Positions 56,549-64,000 of a stretch of 64,000 nucleotides of DNA are shown in pieces. The notes under the pieces were generated by a model. It made no database searches, had not been told where the DNA came from, and saw only the letters and a list, made by a program, of their open reading frames with translations. Positions within the stretch are counted from its first letter, which is position 1. Every line of letters begins with the position of its first letter. The stretch comes from Gemmatimonadota bacterium (GTDB lineage: Bacteria; Gemmatimonadota; Gemmatimonadetes; Gemmatimonadales; Gemmatimonadaceae): NCBI GenBank assembly GCA_027307165.1, contig DAHUXM010000016.1, forward strand, positions 182,874 to 246,873. The letters are read 5' to 3'. Position numbers and translations under genes: made by a program.

Positions 56549-58072
56549 ATGGATTTCGACCGTTTCCGCGCGCATGCAGCGACTGCCGGGCTCGTCCCCG
56601 TCTGGCGCGACGTGCTGTTGGACATAGATACCCCCGTTTCCGCCTTCGCAAAGCTCAGGCGGGGCGGCTTCGCCTTCCTTCTGGAGTCAGCTCCGGCGGG
56701 GAGCGAAACGTGGTCCCGCTACACCTTCATGGGTACCGAGCCGCGCTCCGCGTGGTCGCTGTCGGATGGGGTCGTGTCGGACTGGTCGCCCTCCCATGGC
56801 TGGCACACGGAACGCCCGGTCGCCGATCCCCTGGCTGATCTCGAACGGCTGGTAAAAGAGCACGCGCCGGCACACGTGCCGGAGCTCGGCGTGTTCTGGG
56901 GCGGCGCAGTCGGCTACCTCGGCTACGATGTCGTACGCGGGATCGAATCGCTCTCGAATCCGCCGCGTAAGAAGCTCGACATACCCGACGCGTTGTTCGT
57001 CTTCACGCGTGGCCTAGTGGTGATCGACAACCTGCGGTCGCAGGGACGGCTCATCGTGTCCGTCCCCGTTCCGCGCGATGCAAGTGAATACGAGCTGCGA
57101 GAGTTGTACGATGATGCGCAGGCGGAGCTCGACGCGATCGCCGCGCGTCTGCTCGATCCGTCGCCGCTCGAGCCTCTCTCGCTCGGCGCGCCGACCAAGG
57201 CGCTGATTGGCAAGTCGAACTACGAGCACGACAGATTCATCGCTGACGTCGAGCGCATCAAGGAATACATTCGCGCCGGTGATTGCTTCCAGTGCCTGCT
57301 CGCGCGTCGCATCGACGTCGAGCACGACTTCGACAGCTCGCATCTCTACCGTGCACTGCGCGCCCTGAATCCATCGCCGTACATGTACCATCTCGACCTC
57401 GACGGTACGGAGCTCGTCGGCAGCTCTCCCGAGCTGCTGGTGCGGCTTGCGAATCACCAGGTAACCGTGCGCCCGATCGCAGGGACGCGTCCACGTGGAA
57501 GCACCGCGGAAGAAGACGAGCGGATGACGACGGATCTTCTCGCCGATGAGAAGGAGCGCGCCGAACATGTGATGCTTGTCGATCTGGGGCGCAACGACGT
57601 GGGACGCGTCGCGGAGTATGGCACCGTGACTGTGAGCGACTTCATGTGCGTAGAGAAGTACTCGCACGTCCTTCATATCGTGAGTCAGGTTGATGGAACC
57701 GCGCGTCCGGAGATCGGCGTCGCGGATGTACTCCGTGCGACCTTCCCTGCCGGCACGATGACAGGCGCACCCAAGGTGCGTGCGATGGAGATCATCGATG
57801 AGCTGGAGCCGGAGCGCCGCGGCGCTTATGCGGGTGCGGTCGGTTACATCGGCTGGGGCGGCGAGCGCATAGATCTCGCCATCACGATTCGCACGTGTGT
57901 GATTGCGAACGGAGTCGCTTCCGCACAGGCAGGTGCCGGAATCGTCGCCGATTCGGTGCCGGAATCCGAATGGATCGAGACCGAGAACAAGGCACGCGCA
58001 GTATTGACGGCGATCGCGCAGGTCCGCGCCAGTGTTGCACCGCGGCAGGCAGTCGCGCAGGATGGCGGATGA
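56549..58072 (+). CDS. trpE: anthranilate synthase component I
   Basis: 'LVPVWRDVLLDIDTPVSAFAKL', 'LLESA', 'GAVGYLGYD', 'PSPYMYHL', 'GTMTGAPKVRAMEII' and 'RGAYAGAVGY'. Confidence 0.88.
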   Translation: MDFDRFRAHAATAGLVPVWRDVLLDIDTPVSAFAKLRRGGFAFLLESAPAGSETWSRYTFMGTEPRSAWSLSDGVVSDWSPSHGWHTERPVADPLADLERLVKEHAPAHVPELGVFWGGAVGYLGYDVVRGIESLSNPPRKKLDIPDALFVFTRGLVVIDNLRSQGRLIVSVPVPRDASEYELRELYDDAQAELDAIAARLLDPSPLEPLSLGAPTKALIGKSNYEHDRFIADVERIKEYIRAGDCFQCLLARRIDVEHDFDSSHLYRALRALNPSPYMYHLDLDGTELVGSSPELLVRLANHQVTVRPIAGTRPRGSTAEEDERMTTDLLADEKERAEHVMLVDLGRNDVGRVAEYGTVTVSDFMCVEKYSHVLHIVSQVDGTARPEIGVADVLRATFPAGTMTGAPKVRAMEIIDELEPERRGAYAGAVGYIGWGGERIDLAITIRTCVIANGVASAQAGAGIVADSVPESEWIETENKARAVLTAIAQVRASVAPRQAVAQDGG

Positions 58073-58845
58073 GCTCGGACCTGATCCCGATCACCGGCTA
58101 CGAGCACATAACGGTCGGCGGCGCGAACATTCTGGTGGCGCGCGCGATGGCGGAGACCACGCGCGCGATTCTGGAACACGACACCCTGTACACGTACGCG
58201 TCCAAGGTGCCGGACGCGCTGGTGTTTCAGGGACGCGCGCCAGTGTATGCGATAAACTTCCCGCCGCTGTCGGGCCGCGTCGCAGTGCGTCATGTAATGC
58301 GCGGCGGCTTCGTCGGCCGCTTGTTGCACGACCGGTTCCTTCCACCTACGCGCGTGGCCCGCGAGCTGACCGCCGCATTCCGCCTGCGGCTCGGCGGCGT
58401 TCCCACACCGGAGGTACTGGCGGTCGGCACGTATCCGGCCGGCGGATTCTTTCGGCGCGCCGATGTGGTTACTCGGTTCGTCGAGGGCAGCGCAGATCTT
58501 TCGGCTGTGTTTGGCGACGTGCGCAACGACGCACAACGACGTCCGATCCTCGATGCGGTCGCGCGGCTCCTGTCGCGACTGACCGCAACTGGCGCGCAGC
58601 ATCCCGATCTCAATCTCAAGAACGTGCTCATTACATCCGGCGATGACGGATACATCGCGCACGTACTGGATGTCGATCGCGTACACTTCCACGTTCCGGG
58701 CGATCCGTTGGTCGCTCGCGCCAACATCGAACGCCTCATGCGGTCTCTGCGTCAGTGGCGTACGCGCCTTGCGCCGCGCACCAACGCGTTGTCCGACGAG
58801 GACATGTCGTATCTGGCTCTGACAGCGGCGGCGCAACCCGCGTGA
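58069..58845 (+). CDS. lipopolysaccharide kinase family protein (Kdo kinase / InaA-like)
   Basis: ATGA overlap with the trpE stop. 'HPDLNLKNVLI' catalytic-loop-like motif followed by 'VLDVDR'. About 258 aa. Confidence 0.65.
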   Translation: MSSDLIPITGYEHITVGGANILVARAMAETTRAILEHDTLYTYASKVPDALVFQGRAPVYAINFPPLSGRVAVRHVMRGGFVGRLLHDRFLPPTRVARELTAAFRLRLGGVPTPEVLAVGTYPAGGFFRRADVVTRFVEGSADLSAVFGDVRNDAQRRPILDAVARLLSRLTATGAQHPDLNLKNVLITSGDDGYIAHVLDVDRVHFHVPGDPLVARANIERLMRSLRQWRTRLAPRTNALSDEDMSYLALTAAAQPA

Positions 58846-59882
58846 GTCGAGCCGACGTTCGGTTGGACAGAATATGTATCATGCTCATGTCCGCCGCGGG
58901 AGACGTGGTACACGCCCTCCCGCTGGTGACTGCACTCAAGCGATACCGGCCGGCGTGCACCGTTTCGTGGATCCTCCAGCCACTACCGGCTTCCATGGTA
59001 CGCGGCCACCCATCAGTCGACGAGATAATCGAGTTCGACAGATCGCTCGGTATCCGGTCGTTCACCGATCTGCGTCCGCGACTCCGAGCGCACGAGTTCG
59101 ATCTGCTGATCGACCTCCAGGTCTACTTCAAGGCCGGTATCGTGACCGCACTCGCCGACGCGACAGTGAAACTCGGCTTCGATCGCGCTCGTGCACGCGA
59201 TCTCAACTGGCTGTTCACGAACAGAAAGATTCCGCCACGTCCCATACGGCACGTGCAGGACCAGTACCTCGAATTTCTCGAGTATCTGGAAGTGCCATAT
59301 GCGCCGCTCGAATGGAACATCGGGCCGTGGGCCGGAGAACGCGCGTGGCAGGCGGAGTGGATTTCACAGTTCGAGCGTCCCGTCGCCGCAGTCGTCATCG
59401 CCACGAGCAAGCCCGAGAAGGACTGGCTCCCCGAACGCTGGGCCGCTGTGTGTGACGCACTGTATACCGATTACGGATTGCAGCCGGTACTCGTGGGCGG
59501 CCGCTCCGCGCGAGAGCTCGACGCGGAACGGATAATCAGACAGCGCGCTTCGACTCCCATTCGCTCCGAACTCGGTAGCGGACTGCGGAAGCTGATCAGC
59601 ATTCTCGATGCATCCGCGCTGGTGCTGGCACCGGACACGGGTCCGCTTCACATGGCCGTGGCCATGAACCGGCCCGTCATCTCCTTACTCGGCTACACCA
59701 ACCCGAAACGAACAGGCCCGTATCGGCGCTTTCACGATCTCATGATCGATGCATACGCCAACGACGGTGAGAATTACGTCCCGACAATGGAGAACCGGCC
59801 CGGCCGCATGCCGCGCATAACCGTCGACGACGTTCTTTCACGCGTCGAAGTGTGGCGCCAGCGGTATTCAATGTTGCGTTGA
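58842..59882 (+). CDS. glycosyltransferase family 9 (LPS heptosyltransferase-like)
   Basis: GTGA overlap with the upstream gene. 'SAAGDVVHALPLVTALK', 'KDWLPERWA', 'LVGG' and 'APDTGPLHMAVA', typical of GT9. Confidence 0.8.
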   Translation: MSRADVRLDRICIMLMSAAGDVVHALPLVTALKRYRPACTVSWILQPLPASMVRGHPSVDEIIEFDRSLGIRSFTDLRPRLRAHEFDLLIDLQVYFKAGIVTALADATVKLGFDRARARDLNWLFTNRKIPPRPIRHVQDQYLEFLEYLEVPYAPLEWNIGPWAGERAWQAEWISQFERPVAAVVIATSKPEKDWLPERWAAVCDALYTDYGLQPVLVGGRSARELDAERIIRQRASTPIRSELGSGLRKLISILDASALVLAPDTGPLHMAVAMNRPVISLLGYTNPKRTGPYRRFHDLMIDAYANDGENYVPTMENRPGRMPRITVDDVLSRVEVWRQRYSMLR

Positions 59883-60015
59883 CCCCATTCCGTCTGAACG
59901 CGTAATCGCCCCAGTTCCTTACACCGACGACGATTCGCTTCGCCACCATCACATCGCCGGCGTACCCGATCCCACGCGCAGGTGGGGCACGGATGCATCC
60001 GTGCCTGTCACCCCA

Positions 60016-63000
60016 TTACTCACCCGGCCCGCGCCCGCCGCGCCCGCGGCCACCGCCAAACGCCGGCGGATTCTTGATGTTCTCGGGCACCTTCTTCCAC
60101 TGATCAGGCGTCAGAATCTTCTGAACCTGCGCCATCGCCGCGGTCAGATTCTGTCGCCCTGCGACAATCTGCGGACGGATCTTCGACATGATCGCCTGCG
60201 GATTCCCCGAGCCCTGCTTCGCAACTTCCGCCCGGATCTGCGCGCCAAGTGCAAGCGCCTGCGCGGCAAGTGTATCGGAGACAGTCGTCAGCTGCGTCAC
60301 CTGTGCATCGCTGAGGTTCAGCGAATCGCGCATCTGTATGATCTGCGCAACCGGATTCTGCATCGCCGATGACGCGATCGACGAGCTGTCCGTGCGCGCA
60401 GCGAATATCTGCCTGAAGCGGTCGCGGGGATCGGGACCCAGTGCCAGCCGGGCCTGCAACGCAAGCACGAATGGCTGACGATACACCGCACGTGCGGAGT
60501 TGTTGGAGCCGAAGCGACCGTTCACATCGTAGATGAACTCCTGCTTGACCGGATCGAAGCCGCGTACGTAGAGCAGCGTCGGATCGGCGCGATTGAACTG
60601 GCCCCAGCCACTCAGATTGCTTCCGTGGAGCAGCTGGTCCAGACCGGCGAGCACGTTGGATCCGATCAGCGAGAACGTCATCTTGCGATGCAGGTTGAAG
60701 CCATCAGGCCGGAAGTTCATCTGCATGTCGAGCGACGGCGTCCAGGGACCGCGGCAGCTGTTGCGTCCAGCCACACTCCCCAGCTGCGCCGTCAGACAGT
60801 CGCGAACGTTGGACGGCGAGCTCGCAATCAACTGCTTCATTGCGGAGGCAAGCGCCGGATCGGCAGTCGTTGCCGGATTGAATATGAACGCGCGGTCGTT
60901 GTGCGAGCCGTCGCCGTTGATATCGCCCGACACCATCGGAGTGAACGGCGCGCCGGAGCTGAGACGCGCGTTCGCTGTAATTTCGAGCCAGTCCTTGACC
61001 GGCTTCGTGAAGTAAGTCTGAATGGTATTGCGAATGTCCTGATCACCCGGCGCCCATTCACTGATGTTGGGATTTCCACCAGTGGTTGGTGATGCAAATC
61101 CCTGGGCCGCCGAGCAGCACGTGAACGACGATTGGTCACGCGTACGCTGTAGCGTGTACGCGAATGTAAAGAACGTTCCGCCCGACGTCGCGCCGTTCAG
61201 AGACAGCGTCAGTTGGCGCGTATCGCTCTGCAGTCCGGAAGTGAGCTCGAGCACCTGACCATATTGCGGATAGATGCGCGATCCCCCCGACGTTACCTGA
61301 CCCGTGCCGGTTACTATCGCAGCCGCCGGCGCATAGACCGGACGATTCCCCTCGTCGGCGAGAGTGAACGCCGGCGTTGTTTTGAGGTTGAGATCCTGCA
61401 CCCCATAAAGTGCCACACCGCGCGCGTAGCTCGCGTCGGCCGACAGTGTGATGTTGCCAACCAGCCTGTGCTGAAGTCCGAGCGAAGCGCGCCACGAGCG
61501 TGGTGCCTCGAAATCCGGCGCGAACAGTGTGACCGAAGGACTGACCGACGAGAAGTTCTGCGGTATCGAGGTATTGCCTACGCATGCCGTCGGCGCGGTT
61601 GTCGGATCGCCGAGATAGCTCTGCCAGTCCGGCATCGGTACGGCCGGCCCGATGCACGACACCTGCTGCTCAGTGTCGATCAATCCAGTAGCGCCTGCCG
61701 CGGATGTGAACAATCCTGTTGGAGTCTTTGCGCGAAACTCACCGATTCCTCCGCGAAGCAGGAATGCCGGCTGGAATTGCGCGAACGGATCGTTGGGATC
61801 CGGCTTGGTGAGATTGATCGAGAATCCGGCGCGCGGGCTGAAGTGGACTTCCGTGGGAAAATCGTTCGTGCGAAGACCGAATTTGGATTCGACGTCGGAG
61901 TTGAGCGCCGGTGCGTCATCCACCTTCGTCCCCTCCGCGCGGACGCCGTACACGAGCTGCACCTGCCGGTTCGGACGCCACGTGTCACCCAGGTACACCG
62001 CACCTGCAACCGTCTTCCCCGCGCGCTCCTGCGACAGGAGAGTTCTGCTGTAGCTGTCCGGTGTATCGGATAGAAACGCGCCGAGCGAGTTGTAGGTGAA
62101 AGTTCCAAGCCTGTTGTTGGTGACGTTCTGGCGGAACGTATTGAGATCGAACAGCGTTCCAAGGCGAACGCGATGCGTGCGGTCCTTGCTGAGATACGAA
62201 ACTTCGTCAGCCGCCTCGAGCAGTGCAGAGCTGCCGGCTTGCGGGAATCCTGGATTGCCGCCGAAGCTGATCACACTGAGTGCCTGAGTTCCATCCGCGA
62301 GCGGCGAGCTGATCCGGACGCGTCCGGATGGGAGCGTCAGATATCCTTCAGAGTGATTGTTGTCGCGTGAATAGTACGTCCGCAGCTCGTTGATTATGCC
62401 ACTCTCGAAGTTGGACGTAAGCGTCGCCGCGATACCAGCTCCGGATGTGGTGCTGGCGCCTGCACTGGATGGAAGCGCGTACGGATTGGAGCGCGTCGGA
62501 TCCTGCGTGCTTCCGCGGTAGTCGCCGCGAACAGTGAGACTGTTGGCGTCGTTCAGGAAATAGTCGAGACGGAGGAGGCCGACTGTGTTGTCGCCGATGC
62601 GCCGGTCCGGTACCGCTGCAGGCGACGGAATTCCGAGCGCCCTGACCTGCGATTCGAAAGCCTGCACCGACGCCGGATCGAGTCCGAGCGTGGACAACGT
62701 TGCCGGCGACGACGCCAGCAGTGATTGCACCGGATCGCTGCGCCTCCGCAGTTGCGCAGATCCGAAGATGAACATCTTGTCCTTGATGATCGGGCCGCCG
62801 AGTCCAGCGCTTATCTGATCCTGCAGATACGTCGGTGAGACTGCAGCACTGTCCGCTCCTTCGAATTCGAGCACCGGATCGCGCCGGGAGTAAGTGAAGC
62901 CGCCCGTGAGCTCGTTCGTTCCACCGCGCGTCGTCGATGCGATCTCGCCGCCGCTGAACTGACCCTTGGATGGATCGTATGTATTCGTCACCACGCGCGT

Positions 63001-63651
63001 GCTGCGCAATCCTTCCGCAGGAACGGAGAAGCTCCCGAATGAGAGACCGTCGAGTGTCGTGTTGTTGAGCGTCGATCGCTGACCCGCGACGGAGAACGCA
63101 GCCGCTGTAGTGTCATTGCCGGCGATTCCGACCACACCCGGCGCCATCGCCGCGATCGCCGAGATGTCGCTCATGTCGACCGGTAGTCGCTCGAGCTGCT
63201 CGGATGAGAGCGTGCGTCCGCTTTCGCCGGGTGTGGGCGGGGCCCCGCGCTCACGCCCACCGTTGCGCGCCGTTACGGTGACTGTGGATAGCTTCGCCGC
63301 GACCTGCGTACCGATCTGCACGTCGGTCACGAGCCGATCCTCGTCGCCCTGGCGCGCTACGTTGCGCGAAATCGGCGCGAATCCTATCGCGCGAAACTCG
63401 ATACGGTACTGGCCACCGCCATCGGGAAAGAGAATCGTGTATCGCCCGTCAGCGTCGGTGCGCTTGGTACGCGTGATCCCACTCTCTGCGGACTTCACAG
63501 CCACGGTCACGTTCTCGAGTGGCTTTCCGTCAGGGCCGAGCACGCGACCGGTCACGATGTCGGTTGTACTGCCAATCTGGGCCTGCGCCGGACGGGAATT
63601 GATCCCGATACCAAGCAGTAGTGCGGCAAACAGAACTAACGACTTGCGCAT
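60016..63651 (-). CDS. Oar-like TonB-dependent-receptor-type outer-membrane barrel with CarboxypepD_reg N-domain and non-barrel C-terminal tail
   Basis: Signal peptide 'GINSRPAQAQ'. CarboxypepD_reg-like 'VTGRVLGPDGKPLENVTVAV...TDADGRYTI', a plug-like region, and a very long beta-rich body. The last 139 aa are helical LTxxQ-like and end in GGGRGRGGRGPGE. Start trimmed to 'MRKSLVLF'. Confidence 0.8.
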   Translation of the reverse strand: MRKSLVLFAALLLGIGINSRPAQAQIGSTTDIVTGRVLGPDGKPLENVTVAVKSAESGITRTKRTDADGRYTILFPDGGGQYRIEFRAIGFAPISRNVARQGDEDRLVTDVQIGTQVAAKLSTVTVTARNGGRERGAPPTPGESGRTLSSEQLERLPVDMSDISAIAAMAPGVVGIAGNDTTAAAFSVAGQRSTLNNTTLDGLSFGSFSVPAEGLRSTRVVTNTYDPSKGQFSGGEIASTTRGGTNELTGGFTYSRRDPVLEFEGADSAAVSPTYLQDQISAGLGGPIIKDKMFIFGSAQLRRRSDPVQSLLASSPATLSTLGLDPASVQAFESQVRALGIPSPAAVPDRRIGDNTVGLLRLDYFLNDANSLTVRGDYRGSTQDPTRSNPYALPSSAGASTTSGAGIAATLTSNFESGIINELRTYYSRDNNHSEGYLTLPSGRVRISSPLADGTQALSVISFGGNPGFPQAGSSALLEAADEVSYLSKDRTHRVRLGTLFDLNTFRQNVTNNRLGTFTYNSLGAFLSDTPDSYSRTLLSQERAGKTVAGAVYLGDTWRPNRQVQLVYGVRAEGTKVDDAPALNSDVESKFGLRTNDFPTEVHFSPRAGFSINLTKPDPNDPFAQFQPAFLLRGGIGEFRAKTPTGLFTSAAGATGLIDTEQQVSCIGPAVPMPDWQSYLGDPTTAPTACVGNTSIPQNFSSVSPSVTLFAPDFEAPRSWRASLGLQHRLVGNITLSADASYARGVALYGVQDLNLKTTPAFTLADEGNRPVYAPAAAIVTGTGQVTSGGSRIYPQYGQVLELTSGLQSDTRQLTLSLNGATSGGTFFTFAYTLQRTRDQSSFTCCSAAQGFASPTTGGNPNISEWAPGDQDIRNTIQTYFTKPVKDWLEITANARLSSGAPFTPMVSGDINGDGSHNDRAFIFNPATTADPALASAMKQLIASSPSNVRDCLTAQLGSVAGRNSCRGPWTPSLDMQMNFRPDGFNLHRKMTFSLIGSNVLAGLDQLLHGSNLSGWGQFNRADPTLLYVRGFDPVKQEFIYDVNGRFGSNNSARAVYRQPFVLALQARLALGPDPRDRFRQIFAARTDSSSIASSAMQNPVAQIIQMRDSLNLSDAQVTQLTTVSDTLAAQALALGAQIRAEVAKQGSGNPQAIMSKIRPQIVAGRQNLTAAMAQVQKILTPDQWKKVPENIKNPPAFGGGRGRGGRGPGE

Positions 63652-63685
63652 GACCGCATTTCCCCGCCCCGCAGGGCGGGGCAAT

Positions 63686-64000
63686 CTAGGTGTGTCGCGT
63701 CGCTCCGCCGAAGTGATAGCGAACGCGCAATTTTTGCATCAGCTCTACCAGTCGGACCAGCGACAGACCCATCACTGCGAAATAGTCGCCGTCAATGCGT
63801 CGTACGATCGTTGCACCGTAACCCTGAATACCGTAGGACCCAGCCTTGTCCATCGGCTCGCCGGTCGCGATGTATTCGCGAATTTCATCGCTCGACAAGC
63901 TTCGGAACGTCACTGACACATCATCTACGGAAGACTCCAATTCACCGTTGAACGAGCATGCCATTCCCGTCAGTACAGTGTGAGTTGCACCGCTCAGATC
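63686..64000 (-). CDS. maf: Maf-like nucleoside triphosphate pyrophosphatase, C-terminal part (5' end lies outside the window)
   Basis: 'EPMDKAGSYGIQG' and 'I.GDYF.VMGL' motifs. The frame stays open to the window edge ('SGATHTVLTG'). Confidence 0.8.
   Translation of the reverse strand, partial: DLSGATHTVLTGMACSFNGELESSVDDVSVTFRSLSSDEIREYIATGEPMDKAGSYGIQGYGATIVRRIDGDYFAVMGLSLVRLVELMQKLRVRYHFGGATRHT

Noticed and set aside
63662-63681. Hairpin CCCCGCCC-cgca-GGGCGGGG between maf and the Oar-like gene, as a terminator.
   Set aside because: There is no U-tract on the transcribed (minus) strand, and it lies only about 10 nt from the downstream start codon. It may be structural, but I cannot support a terminator call.

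Overview
This is a GC-rich bacterial chromosomal segment, densely coding, mostly housekeeping and envelope genes. The gene content (an Oar-like giant TonB-dependent barrel, Ser/Thr kinases with TPR tails) suggests Gemmatimonadota or Acidobacteriota; that is inference and was not checked.

Main blocks, in order:
1. A Lon C-terminal fragment, a DUF445 gene, and a translationally coupled trmH-pilD-HExxH lipoprotein operon.
2. A four-gene purine nucleotide scavenging operon (5'-nucleotidase, 80-aa unknown, add, PNP) in which every junction is a 4-nt start/stop overlap.
3. A large phosphate/polyphosphate locus (about 10.3-36.3 kb): phoB-phoR-pstS-porin, an about 8 kb interruption (DmpA, MtfA, Ser/Thr kinase, Ig-like lipoprotein, DUF2784), then pstC-pstA-pstB-pstB-phoU-ppx-deoC-ALDH-ALDH-like, and convergently DUF47-PiT-ppk1.
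4. Rhomboid, dnaK, htrA, tRNA-Leu(TAG), PAP2.
5. A tig-clpP-[RAYT transposase]-clpX-lon-engB proteostasis cluster.
6. A PilB/GspE-type ATPase fused in frame to a NUDIX domain.
7. trpE coupled to LPS-core genes, a 1211-aa Oar-like outer-membrane barrel, and a maf fragment.

I see no CRISPR array, prophage or recognisable defence island. I cannot point to an unambiguous new multi-gene system. The most unusual signals are:
- A solitary REP-associated tyrosine transposase splitting clpP-clpX, together with GTAG-headed GGGCAGGC palindromes arrayed after dnaK and between clpX and lon.
- A perfect TGTGA-N6-TCACA palindrome in front of clpX.
- A shared 16-bp direct-repeat motif in front of pstS and pstC, a candidate Pho box.
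- The ATPase-NUDIX fusion.
- An LTxxQ/RGG periplasmic tail on the Oar-like barrel.

All family calls come from motif recognition by eye. No searches were run.
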